Origin: Octopus vulgaris
Taxonomy: Eukaryota
Direction: 5' to 3'
Length of the DNA stretch: 64,000 nucleotides
Assembly (NCBI GenBank): GCA_951406725.2
Contig: OX597816.1
Location: forward strand, 114,018,001-114,082,000
In this document: in pieces, positions 1-13,503 of the stretch
Position numbering within the stretch: position 1 is the first letter of the stretch
Layout of the letters: every line of letters begins with the position of its first letter
Position numbers and translations under genes: made by a program
The notes under the pieces: model-generated
What the model was told of the DNA's origin: nothing
What the model saw: only the letters and a program-made list of their open reading frames with translations
Databases searched by the model: none

Positions 1-1110
1 ACAAAACACTGAGTCAGCAAATATGTGGATATGGATGTGTTTATTATCAGTCATAGTAACAGAAAGTAGTTTATCACCCAGCTGATTAAAGAAAACAACT
101 ACATTTTCAAATCAACATCACAAAATACTTCGTGGTTTTGGGGCTGAAATCCATAATAAATTACTCAAGAAACATCCAAAATGATTTTAGTACAACATAC
201 CCATTCAGTTTAAATGCTATACTTCCATGTAGGATCAATTCTGTCACCTTGAAAGACCTGAATTCGATAAAGTCTGGTTCTTCCAAAAGTCCTGCCGGCA
301 TGCAGCAATACTATCTCAAAATTTAGTCAATGATGCACATAATAAACAAGGTACAAAACTTGTAAAATCATACAAAATTATCATTGATCTCGAAGAGTAC
401 TGGACTGGACTTTAGTGATGGCAAGTAGGATGACCTCTTTTCCATATATGTCAAGTCACTCAGTGCTGTTGCTGACATTTTGGAAGCTGTGATCCATCCA
501 TCAAGTGCTGTGACAAGGGTTAGGGAAAGAAAGCAAGTGGCTAAAACATGTATCACTGCAAGACATATCTATCTTGGAATTGGTGATAGTAGAAACAATT
601 AGAGTTGCTGTAAATCAACAAAGGTTTTTATCAACATCATCAGATTGTTGGAGATATCTGAAGTGACAGGCAAAGTGGGCTCTACTTCATAACTATGGCA
701 GTGAATTGGTTTGGCAATCATCCATGGTAATGTTCTATGTGGCGGTGTGTTGCTGGATAGTCAGAAACAATTAAGACAAATTTCAAATCTGACCCTGTTA
801 AATCCAATCACATATAGCTTACAATGAACGTTTTTAGAGGTATTGATTTTCTTTTAAATATTATGAATGATATTAAAACTACCAATATTTATTAATCATT
901 GTTTGAGGTATTTTGTTAATAATTCATTAGATTTTATTCCCTTCTGAAAATGGGTTTTTCATTTTAACCTTTTTTTTTTTCGTTTTAGGTATTAGGGACT
1001 ATATATATAAAATGCATTATTTTTTAGAAGAGCTATGATCACCATTTAGAATACATGTGTAGCATTGTATTTGCTTATGTCTTATTTCTTGGTAGTACAG
1101 TACTGTATGC

Positions 1111-1682
1111 TAGTGCTCCACAACCTTTTTTTGCATATGGTACACTTATCTTCTTTTCGAAATTCAGCAGCACAGCTAGACTAGAAATATAACTAAAAAT
1201 GTTCTTTTATTCTTTTACTTGTTTCAGTCATTTGACTGTGGCCACGCTGGAGCACCACCTATAATCGAACCAACCAACCTCAGGACTTATTCTTTGTAAG
1301 CCTAGTACTTATTCTGTCAGTGTCTTTTGCTGAACTGCTAAGTTACGGGGATGTAAACACACCAACATCGGTTGTCAAGTGATGGTGGGGGAACAAACAC
1401 AGACACAAATACATACATACATATATATATATATATATGACGGGCTTCTTTCAGTTTCTGTTCACCAAATCCACTCACAAGGCTTTGGTTGGCCTTAGGA
1501 TATATTTGAAGATACTTGCCCAAGGTGTCATGCAGTGGGACTGAACCCAGAACCATGTGGTTGAGAAGCAAGCTTCTTACCACACAGTCACTCCTGCACA
1601 AGGAAAAAAATTATATTCCAGTTACATTAGCACTGTCTTGTGGCACACCAATGTGCCACAGCATACCAGTTGTGGAGCACTG
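1111..1682. mobile_element. hAT-type MITE interrupted by a SINE
   Basis: Terminal inverted repeats TAGTGCTCCACAAC / GTTGTGGAGCACTG; exact 8-bp TSD CTGTATGC at 1103-1110 and 1683-1690 (8-bp TSD is typical of hAT). Confidence 0.85.
1202..1599 (-). mobile_element. tRNA-derived SINE family A, full length
   Basis: On minus strand: tRNA-like head (GGAGTGACTGTGTGGTAAG...GGTTCAGTCCC), internal (TA)/(TG) microsatellite, AAGTAAAAGA tail; many similar copies in the window. Confidence 0.9.
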
Positions 1683-2409
1683 CTGTATGCTATAAAGCAG
1701 TAGTCAGTAGTCTATGGCCCTTGGATTGAGTCTGGTCTGTTGTATCCAGACAAAGTGAAGTGCTGGTTGATTTGAGTGAGATATTTTGCTCATTACTGCA
1801 ATAATTAAAACATTACACCATTACCTAAATACACTTGCTTTTATTTTTCTCTGTATGCTTTTTTTATACTGTAATATTTACCTGATTTACAGCTAAGTTT
1901 AAACAATATTTCAATATTCCATACTGTACAAGATCAATCCAGAATATTTTAGATTCACAGTGCTACCTTATTTAAGGAAAACCATTTAGAGTCAATGACT
2001 TTCACTGTCAGGAACCTATCAATTGAAATGTGTTGTCTAATAGCTCTGAACAAATGACATATATATATTCTAGTTATCATCCTCATCATCACCACCACTA
2101 CCACCACCATCATCATCGTCATCATCATCATCATCACCATTTATAGTCCACTTTTTCATGCTTGCATAGGTCAAACAAAATTTGTCGAGACAGATTTTTT
2201 TGTAGTCATATGTCCTTCTTTTTGCCAGCCTTCACCTGTTTTCAAACAAAGTAATATTCCCCGTGGCCAGATATGTTTTCCAGTGATGACTGTAAAAGAA
2301 CATCTCTTGTATGATGTTGATACTCATTTACAATTATTACATGGTTTCAAGCAAAGTTACACACACACACATACAGATATACGTACATGCATACTTCTCT
2401 CTCTCTCCC

Positions 2410-2812
<403 letters not shown>

Positions 2813-2969
2813 TGATGGGCTTCTTTTAGTTTCCATCTCTGCTATTTACAAGGCTTTGGTTAGCCTGGGGTTATAGTAGAAGACACTTGCCTGAAGTGCC
2901 ACATAGTGGAACTGAACTTAAAACCACACAGTTGGGAAGCAAGCTTCTTATCTACACAGCCATACCAGC
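2813..2969 (-). mobile_element. SINE family A, 5' half
   Basis: Matches the head half of 1202-1599. Confidence 0.8.
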
Positions 2970-3340
2970 TTTGAAGGTTATGTTTTTTAATAACATTAAA
3001 CTTTTAAATAGTTTTATCAGCTGGAAGAAATAGCAGCATTCTCTAAGAGAATAAGAACATGAATCTTATAGAATTTCATGTTTGTAAATGGCTTTCAGGC
3101 CTGGCAATTATTGTGGATTAACAACTAATTTAAAGAATTTGAATTTGCATCTTCAAGGAAAATTCAGCTGATACATATACTGGTGATGTGTATTTGCCTT
3201 TGAAACAAACCTATGACTGTGAGAATGCCAGCTGGGGAGATCAAATGAGACTTGTTCCTTTACACTTGGAGAGACCAAATCTACAAACAGCAACATATTT
3301 GTGATGTGATATTTAACTTTAAAATATATATATTTTTTTT

Positions 3341-3757
3341 TACTCCTTTACTCTTTTACTCTTTTACTTGTTTCAGTCATTTGACAGCGGTCATGCTGGA
3401 GATCCACCTTTTAGTCGAGCAAATCAACTCCAGGACTTATTTTTTGTAAGCATAGTACTTATTCTATCGGTCTCTTTTGCCGAACCGCTAAGTTACGGGG
3501 ACGTAAACACACCAGCATCGGTTGTCAAGCGATGTTGGGGGAACAAACACAGACACTCAAACATATACACACACATAAATATATATATATACATATATAC
3601 AATCGGATTCTTTCAGTTTCCATCTACCAAATCCACTCACAAGGCTTTGGTCGACCCAAGGTTATAGTAGAAGACACTTGCCCAAGGTGCCATGCAGTGG
3701 GACTGAACCCGGAACCATGTGGTTGGCAAGCAAGCTGCTTACCACATAGCCACTCCC
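3341..3757 (-). mobile_element. SINE family A, full length
   Basis: Head, internal microsatellite and repeated tail all present. Confidence 0.9.
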
Positions 3758-4166
3758 CAGTTTTGCTGCCATTCACTCATACACAATCCAAATAATGATC
3801 AAATGGAATTTGTTGAGATATAACGTGTTTATCTATTAAGATGAAAATTTTATGTACAGTTGTACAGAAAATAATATCTTAAACCTGTACATTATTCCTG
3901 ACAGATCATGCAAAAATATAACATTAATATTTTGGCAGCACTCATACATGTGAGGAACAATTTTCAAAAATGAAATACATGAAAAGCAAATTAACAATAC
4001 TCATTGGGAAACGTCGTAGTTCTGACTTCAGTCAGAGTTGAAACACTTTTGAGTGCCAAACATCGTCAATAGTCATGCTAATCATGTCCTTTACAACATT
4101 AATGTCAAGTTGAATAAAATAAACTTAAACCATATTTCTTTTGTCTTTGTTATTATTATCGTCATT

Positions 4167-4385
4167 AAAGGCAGTGAATTGGTAGAATTGTAAGCATGCT
4201 GGACCAAATCCTTAGGGGTATTTCATCTGTTCCTATGTTCTGAGTTCAAATTCCACTGATGTTGACTGCCTTTCATCCTTTCAGGGGTTGATAAATTAAG
4301 TACCAGTCAAGCACTGGGGTCGATATAATCAGCTTCCCCTTTACTTTAAAAACTACTGGCTCTGTGTCAAAATTTGAAACCATTA
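4167..4385 (+). mobile_element. SINE family B (central GCCTTTCATCCTTTC..GGGGTCGATAAATTAAGTACCAG domain, Meta/MESC-SINE-like)
   Basis: tRNA-like head with B-box GAGTTCAAATTCC, conserved central domain, (ATT)n tail. Superfamily name is from recall. Confidence 0.85.
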
Positions 4386-5579
4386 TTATTATCTTCATTT
4401 ATTAGTTATTAAGTATAATAGCTCAATAGATAAATATGGCTGCCCATCAACCCACATAATTTACTCCTGCCCTGTGAGCAGGAAAGGCAGCCGACTCCTG
4501 GTATTATGTGTCAAAATGATTTGTCTTACATCTATGACCTGATCATTAGCAATACCACTGCATCTGTAATATTGGAGTACTTTTAAACATTGGTTTCCTT
4601 TAATTTATTCCCTTTCATTTTGAATATGCAGGCAAAGTGGCTACACTGTTAATTATGTAAATGTTAAAAGTTATTCAAAAAAAACATTTGTGAAACAAAA
4701 ACATCAGACATTTTAACAGTTCCCCCAAGATCTTTACTTTATCAACTATTAGAAAATATGATCTCTATTATACAGAAAATTATCACTAGCCAAACACTTT
4801 GTATGAGACCATTAGTTTGAAATTAGTACAAAAATAAAAAATTACTTTCTCTCTCTTCAGAAAAATTTAAAGTGGCAAATAAGCTTCTTTAAATAATAAA
4901 ACAACAGCTTTTATCATAGTTTACCATAATACTTAACTGGATTTTTAAAAAAATTCTTGAATGAATTCAAATGATGTTATTTTGACACAGATTTGTGTTA
5001 TCAGCAAGCAACACAAGAAATAGTTTAGATTTAATGGTGTCCATAGAAATACCATTAGTAATGGCTAGATCTCTCTCACTTAAGTGTATGCCAGTATAGG
5101 CTTGTTGATTTGTTACTCAAAGATGAAATCTATGAAATATAATCGATTTTCATTGAAAAACATTCATCAAAATTTTAGATATGTTTAACCTGAGTTTTTG
5201 TCATTTATGTTGTTGTTATAGTTTTAATGTTTTTCAATGTTATGCTCAGATTATTATTATTATTATATTTTTTTTTGTCATCCTTCAAGTCTTGACATAG
5301 ATAGTTTATAGAAGACCTTTTTTTGAAACTAATGTTTTTATTTTTAATTTTGAAGAATTCATCAAAAAGTTTGGTAATCTAAGAGAAGTTTATTCAATTA
5401 ATGGTCAGTCTAGTGGAGAAATAAATGCCTGATGGCAATCTGTGTTTATTTAAGAAATATTTTATATATTTCTATACATGAGTGTGTGCATGACTTAGTG
5501 TTTAGTGAAGGTAAGATAGTCTATAATATCTCATATCACTTTGTTAACTTTAATTTCAGCATAAAAATTAATCTTGCTA

Positions 5580-5800
5580 TAATACTGGTTTCAAATTTTA
5601 GTACAAGACCAGAAATTCTGGGATAGGAGGTAAGTCAACTTCATTGACTCTAGAACTCAATTGGTACTTATTTAATCAACCCCGAAAGGATGAGAAGCAA
5701 AGTCGACCTCTGTGGAATTTGAACTCAGAGCGTAATGGCAGATGAAATGCTGCTAAGCATTTTGCTTGGCATGCTAATGATTCTGCCAGCTTGCTGCCTT
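5580..5800 (-). mobile_element. SINE family B
   Basis: Reverse complement of the 4167-4385 family. Confidence 0.85.
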
Positions 5801-6444
5801 GTTTTGAAAGCTAAGTTGATCTCAGTGAGATTCGATCTTAGAATGTACAGAGCTGCTGGAGAAAATACCACAAGGCATTTTGTGAAATGCTCTATTCATT
5901 CTGCCAAACCAACAGCCTATTGATCTTGCATTAACATTGATTTCTAACATAGGCACAAGGTATCAGATATGTTTGCCTACTGTCAATTATATTAACCAAG
6001 TAACTGACTGATAGTTTCTTTTATTGATATCCAGGAGTATGAAAGACAAAGTTAACCTCATCAGTATTTAATACAAAATGCAAAAAGAAATAATTAAATA
6101 CTATAATGCATTTTGTCCATTGCTCTATCATTTCTACTAATTTACAACAATTTTGGTCATCATCATCATCATCATCACTGCTGCCGTGGCCACCGTCTTC
6201 AAAATCACACCTGCCAGACAGAATTTAGAGTTTTGATGCTTGCACACCTACATACATATGCATACACACACACACACACACATACATACAGTGGAAGTAT
6301 ATGTATAATCGAAAGTCTAGGGAAAAGAGAAAATTTATGGCGAATTAATGTAGAACTTATAGCTCTTGTACCCTGACTATGTTTTCTCATTTGTACTGAC
6401 TAATCATACGTGTATTAGGTTATGCACCAACAAATTTGCACAGA

Positions 6445-6935
6445 ACCCCAGTTCTTAACTGGTACCTATTTTATTGACCCCAAAAGAATGAAAGGCAAAG
6501 ATGATCTCGGCAGAATTTGAACTCAGAATGTAAGGACGAACAAGATGCCGTTAAACAACATTTTGCCTGGCATGCTAATGATTCTGTCAGCTCACTGCCT
6601 TCACTCCTTCAGTAATATTTAGCATCGTTTATCTTTTGTATCTTTTACTTGTTTCAGTCATTTGAATGCGGCCATGCTGGGGCACCAACCTTGAATGGTT
6701 TCAATTAAACAAACTGATCCTAGGACTTATTTTTTCAAGCCTAGTACTTATTTAATTGGTCTCTTTTGTTGAACTGCTAAGTTATGGGAATATAAACACA
6801 CCAACACCGGTTGTCAAATGGTGGTTGGGGACAATCACAGACACAAAGACACACACATAAATATATATATATAGATATGCGATGGGCTTCTTTTAGTTTC
6901 CATCTACAAATCTACTAACAAGGCATTGGTTGATA
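6445..6935 (-). mobile_element. Partial SINE B (6445-6602) followed by partial SINE A (6630-6935)
   Basis: Similarity to other copies in the window. Confidence 0.8.
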
Positions 6936-6993
6936 CAGAAAATTTCTAATTGTTATGTTTATCAAACATTGTTCCATTAATTTATTGGACATA

Positions 6994-7174
6994 GGCACAG
7001 GAGTGGCTGTGTGATAAGTAGCTTGCTTACCAACCACATACTTCTGGGTTCAGTCCCACTGCATGGCACCTTGGGCAAGTGTCTTCTACTATAGCCTCAA
7101 GCTGACCATAGCCTTGTGAGTGGATTTGGTAGACAGATACTGAAAGAAGCCCGTCATATATATGTGTGTATATA

Positions 7175-7205
<31 letters not shown>

Positions 7206-8395
7206 GTGTGTATATGGTTGTGTGTCTGTGTTTGTCCCCCAACATCGCTTAACACCCGGTGCTGGTGTGTTTACGTCCCCATAACTTAGCGCTTCAGCAA
7301 AAGAGACTGATAGAATAAGTACTAGGCTTACAATGAATAAGTCCTGGGTCGATTTCTTCGATTAAAGGCGGTGCTCCAGCATGGCTACAGTCAAATGACT
7401 GAAACAAGTAAAAGAGTAAAAGAGTAAAGAGTATACAGTTGTAAATATAAATGATGATTATTAATAAGATATTTGAAATTAATTAAACATTTGTGTGGTC
7501 ATTGACTTCACACACAACCTATCTAACATTGTGAACCACTAATGAAGAATATATGACTAACTATATAGGTGCAAGTATGGCTGTGTGGTGAGAAATTTGC
7601 TTTCTAACCATATGATGCCAAGTTCAGTCCCACTGCATGGCACCTTGTCTTCTTCTATAGCCCTGGGCCGACCAAAGCCTTGTGAGTGGATTTCATGGAT
7701 GGAAACTGAAAGAAGCTCATCATATATACACATATATATCTATGTGTGTGTGAGTCTTAGCTTCTGTGCTTGTGTGTCCCCACTGCCACTGCTTGACAAC
7801 TGGTTTTGATGTGCTTATGTCCCCATAACTTAGCAGTTCAGTTAAAGGGGCTGATTGAATAAGTATTAAGCTTAAAAGAAAGCATTGGGTTCGATTTCTT
7901 TGACTAGATTTCTTCAAGGCAGTGCCCCGGCAAGGCCTCAATTTAATGACTGAAACAAATAAAAGATAAAAGATAACCATAACACTGGATAATTAAAAAA
8001 CAACAAAACATTTCAATGAACAGGCATGGCTACATAGTAAGAAGTTTGTTTCCCAACCACTTGGATCTGGGTTCAGTCCTACTGTGTGGCATCTTGATCA
8101 AGTATCTTCTGTCATAGCCTTGGGCCAACCAATTCCTTGTGAGTGGATTTGATAGATGGAAACTGAAAGAAGCCCCCCATGTATGTGTGTCTGTGCATGT
8201 GTGTGTGTGTGTGTCTTTGTGTCTGTGTTTGTCCCCTGTCACCATAGCAGTTTAGCAAAAGAGATTGAGAAAATAAGTACCTAGGTTAAAAAAAAATAAG
8301 TACTGGGTCAATTTGTTTGACTAAAATTCTTCAAAGCAGTGCCCCAGCATGGCCACAGTCTAATGACTGAAACAAGTAAAAAATAAATGATAAAA
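6994..8395 (+). mobile_element. Three head-to-tail SINE A copies (6994-7431, 7568-7974, 8021-8395)
   Basis: Each has the tRNA-like head, internal TA/TG repeat and ACTGAAACAA.TAAAA tail. Confidence 0.9.
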
Positions 8396-9804
8396 TATAA
8401 CCAATATTTAAAGACAATAACATTGTGAGTTATTACACTAGAAGCACTGTATATTCAGCTGAAATAGTCTTCTCTATATATCTTTATTATCAGCTTTATT
8501 TTCAACTTGACTAATGATGCTTGGTAGTCTTTTATTTTCATTTTTGCTTTTTTTTGTTTTTATTCATTTGCTTTAATTTGTTGATTAGTTATTAAAATCA
8601 TTATCAAGTTTTTGGAAATTTGTATGAATGATTTAATATAATGAACTATAATTAGGAATATAATAATTTATATTTGTCATTTGCCGAAATAAATTAGTAG
8701 TTTGTAATTTAAAACCATTTAATACAATTACTGAGTGATAATAAACCCCTCAACTTTACCCTGTTATTCAGGCATGATAAGTCACTAGCATATTAACCTT
8801 ATAAATTCTAACCAAAATAATTAAAAAATTTGTGAAAGTAGTTAAAATGGTTTTGTTTAATTTCTCTATTAGTTGATAAACTAAAGTAATTTTAATAGGC
8901 TATATCAACTACAAAAATCATACATATAATGTAAGGCTTCATTTTCACTATCAACAGAGATAAAACATAAACAAGATGCACATTGCTGATATAAAGATTA
9001 ATGTATATTGGTGTTTATCTACGTTACTGTGCTTGAAGAGTGAAAAAGTATAGAGTTGTAAGGATCTCACTTGGCCTTGCCTGTGATTTGAAACTGCATC
9101 CACTCACTTGTTACTTATCAAGCAATTCTCAAATTTCTTTGTCTTTGCATCTTCACACTGGATAATGTATAATAAACGCTTGATCTACGGCCTTTTTCCT
9201 GTCACCAAGAGGTCAGTCCTTTGTTTCAGATGTGATCTACTTCCTGGCTGTCTGCTATATAATGGAGAATCCTGTTTCTCTGCTCTTTTTGACTTTCCAA
9301 AGAGCACCTTTTGTCTGAACTTTTACCCTCTCTGTCAGTGAGGTGCATTCCCTACTCTTTCTCTCTCTACTAAGATGTAAATAAAGATGTAAATAATATT
9401 CCTTCCTTTTTCATGGTATTCTTCGATGTTCTTCACTGGTATCTCCATCATGAGGACCTCACATCAACAAGCGTTATATACAAGTGTTACATCTACACAC
9501 TACATCTGGTAGACAGCTACATAGATAACTCTAATGAATGCATACGTTAACCTGCTACAGAATACTTATATAAAAGCTTCAGCCACATTTTACCAATGGT
9601 ACATAGTTTAGTACTTTTAGTTACAAAAAGTTTGGGTATTTGAACTCTACTGTTTGGAGGTATGATCATTGAGCTGGTCACTGTTCTGCATAGTGGGCTG
9701 TTGGTAAAGACTATCTAAACTGATGATCTCATAACTAGTCTTCTGTCTATTGCTACTATGTCTTGATATTTCATAGTCTGTTGTTCATTGATGCTATGAA
9801 TAAT

Positions 9805-10017
9805 CTTTTCTACTCTAGACACACGGCCCGAAATTTTGTGGGAGGGAGCCAGTCAATTAAATCAACCCCAGTATGCAACTGATATTTAACTTATCAACCC
9901 TGAAAGAATGAAAGGCAAAGTTGACCTTGATGGAATTTGAACTCAGAATATAAAGACAGATGAAATATTGATATGCATTTTGCCTGGTGTGCTAATGTTT
10001 CTGCCAGCTCTCTGCCT
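9805..10017 (-). mobile_element. SINE family B with 17-bp TSD
   Basis: Flanked by identical TTGATGCTATGAATAAT at 9788-9804 and 10018-10034. Confidence 0.92.
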
Positions 10018-11129
10018 TTGATGCTATGAATAATATTTCAAGACTGGTCCTCTGTCTACCACTGCTGTGTCTGCTATAACTACCTCTACTATGACGACAG
10101 CTAAAAACACTATGTCTACTGGTACTTGTGCTGTGTCAGCTGGTACATTGTAAATTATTTCTGATTCTCTGGATGATTAAATTGATTGGCACTGCCATTT
10201 GGGTGTAGAATGCAGTAGATAACTTTCTAGTTTTCCTAACTTGGATCCCCACTTCACATGATTTCCAAATTAATGCTATAGTTTATGACTGAGCCGAATC
10301 ACTAGAGTGTTGGTTAAAATGCATTGTGGTATTGGGTTATATCCCTTTATTTTGAAGTAGAATTCAGCCAAGATTAACTTTGCCTTTTATTCTTCCTAAA
10401 TGAGTAAAATAAATCATTCAAATCCTTGAAGTTATCATGTGCATTCCAGTTTTAGGACAGAAACACTTGTAATCTAAACAGGATGAGTGGTGGGCAAGAG
10501 CAACTCTGCTGTTGAAATTCTAGACTTCAATGAAGATCAACTGAACAGTCAGTTCTGAAGGACTTTTAGCTCCAAGATTCTGGACAGTTTCAAGAAAATA
10601 GCGCCAAGGTTTTCTTCAAACAGGAAGCATTACTTGATTGTGATAAACTTTGTAAGTAAGGTAGCTCTGTTACCTGGGCTTCTCTGAAATATTGTTGAGC
10701 ACTAAAAGCATTCTGATTGCACTTGTTCATTGTTTGATTGAACATATAGAGTTATGTCTAACAGCTATTTGTGCATGAATGACAGATCTGGGAAAGACAA
10801 GGAGGTTTCTGACTGCTGCCTATGACATAAGAAATTGTATGATTAAAAAGGAAATGATAAATACTTTAATCTTCAAGTTCTTCCTTTAAATTCTTCCTTC
10901 CATTTACTGAGAGGTAACTATTAGTGGCAAGAATGGTTTGTGTAAACAGGCCACCTTTCAGCACATACCTATCAGATGGAGGTCTCAGCTTGGAGAGGGC
11001 ACTTACTTGACAGTCAGAGTAATACTAGATTTTTAGGGCTTTTTTCATAGGCCCTAGATAACTGTCCTTCTTTTGGAAGATCTCATTTAATTCCTTTTCT
11101 ATGTTGTTGTTTTCCATGTCTGTTTTTCA

Positions 11130-11315
11130 TGCTATGTTAAAAGCACCCAGAACACTCTATAAAGTGGTGGGTATTAGAAGGGCATCCAACTGTAGAAATC
11201 CTGCCAAAACAGACAATGGAGCCTGGTGTGACCCCTAGTCCTACCAGCTCAAGTCAAACTGCCCAACTCATGCCAGCATGGAAAACAGACATTAAATGAT
11301 GATGATGATGATGAG
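11130..11315 (+). mobile_element. SINE family C 3' part (RTE-type tail)
   Basis: CATGCCAGCATGGAAAACAGACATTAAA(TGA)n tail shared with 49544-50045. Confidence 0.75.
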
Positions 11316-12674
11316 TTCTTTGTAAAAACCTATCATTTTTGTAATTTCTCTCCTTGTAATGTACTCTCATCAATTGTCTTTGGGACAAGTAAAGCAATTA
11401 TAATTATTCTTTTTCAAAAGTCTTACTTTCTATTGCATTCTCTCATTGCACAACTAAGCATGGTTCTGTGTGCCTTAGCTACATGCATAAGTGCACAGTG
11501 TCTGGTAATACTATGTTCTGCAAGTTGTATATATGTGTAAATCCTGTGGTATTGGCTAAATATTTGTCATCAGCTTTTTAATAACTCCCAAACCAGCCAC
11601 TTTTATTCTAGTGATTGCTTCTGTTGTATTAATATTATTATTGTCGTTTTTGTTATTTTTATCAAAAAGCACTACTGTAGGTCATTTCCTCTTATGAAGT
11701 AGCTTGCATGTAAGCTTATTTTCCTATTTACATTTGTTACAGTGGCTATACTGTCATAATACAAACAAAAACATAAGCATATTCAGTGACATCTAGCTAA
11801 ACAATTGAAATTAAAGTACATAGGTTAGTATATCTAAGAAAAATAACAACATCAGAAATTGTGATCACTGTTCACAGATTCAATGTTATAAAATATATAA
11901 AATATATAAAATAGAATAGAGTTTAACTAAACTCAATTTAAAAAGCCATGTCTGTTCTTCAAATGAAAGAATTATGTTTTTCTACTTCAAAGAAACTTAG
12001 AATTACAGAAAAGGAAGAATGCTTTTTAAAACAGCAATAATGGTTGAGTCACTGTCATTCAGAAAAATTATAGTGTACTTAAAAATGCATCAACTGTGTA
12101 CCTTAAAAATGGTAAAACCTGGATAATAGAGGAAAAAAACATTTACTTTTATCAAATGAAACCAAAATGGAAAATTGTATTCTATTGTTGCCTATATTTT
12201 AAAAAGGATTTTTATATTACATCTATTATTCATTCAAATCTAAACCAGCTGTAACCATCAGTTTTCAATAAAAACATTAATTAAATTTAAAAAAAATCAT
12301 GTAATCTTTATGCATTATACACACATATGCCGGCATGTGCATATGCACATTCGTAAATATCAATATACCTGTATATATTTTCCATTTATGGGTGGAGTTC
12401 CTTACAATTTTTGATAAAGACAACATTAATACACTTGCAGAAATAAAAGACATAAATAATAAAAAAATAAGTCAGAAAAAAATAAACCAAGTTTATTTAT
12501 AAAGAGTATATCAATCCATTATCAAACACTATTTACTTAGCATCAAATGGACTAAGTAGGCAAGTACAATGAAGTCTGAAAGATTGCAAAAGACTAAATC
12601 TATCTTTCTATTGCTCTCTCCTATGTCTCTACATATACCCTCCTCCCTTCTCTCTTTCGCATATGATATAAATG

Positions 12675-12760
<86 letters not shown>

Positions 12761-13043
12761 CACACACATACTCATATATATGTATGTATACAGTGTAATT
12801 GTGTACATATATGCATAGAAGCATACACACATATGAACCAAAATATCAACTCCATATTCTCTGTTATATGTAATTTTATGCTTTGGATTTTGCAATTTTT
12901 CTATGGAAGTACAACAAATGCTTGTGTTCAAATGCATGTTCATAATTTTTGCGTGCATCATATTATCTGTGTCAGTTATGCTGGAATGACGGGCTCTTTT
13001 TAAAATTTTATTTTACCAAAGAATTCTAGATTATCGTGACAAA

Positions 13044-13045
<2 letters not shown>

Positions 13046-13087
<42 letters not shown>

Positions 13088-13253
13088 GTTTCAAATAGTA
13101 ATAATAATAGTAATAATAATAATAATACACCAGTAATAACTGGTACTTATATTGATAATAATAATAATCGACCTCAGTGGATTTTGAATCAGAATGTACC
13201 AACAGGCGAAATATCGCTAAGCATTTCATCCAGTGCATTCTGTCAGCTCACCA

Positions 13254-13305
<52 letters not shown>

Positions 13306-13451
13306 TATAATAATAATATTTTATTGACCCTGAAAGGATGAAAGATAAAGTCGACTTCAGTGGATTTTGAACTCAGAATGTATCGCTAAGCATTTCATCC
13401 AGTGCATTAACAGTTCTGTCAGCTCACCACCTGAATAATAATAATAATAAC

Positions 13452-13503
<52 letters not shown>

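Noticed and set aside
3368-3795. Recurrent ORFs 'IVEDTCPRCHAVGLNPEP' (also 7027, 17115, 52797)
   Set aside because: Antisense translation of the SINE A head, not a gene family.
6370-6400. Possible 3' half of a hammerhead on minus strand (GAAAACATAGTCAGGGT)
   Set aside because: No CUGANGA or matching stem I found upstream.
6994-7070. tRNA-like sequences (also 48440-48516)
   Set aside because: SINE heads with A/B boxes, no full cloverleaf, followed by SINE body.
9040-11060. Possible further L1/Tx1 remnants (about 9040-9400 and 10440-11060)
   Set aside because: Too degraded to give a motif I can defend.
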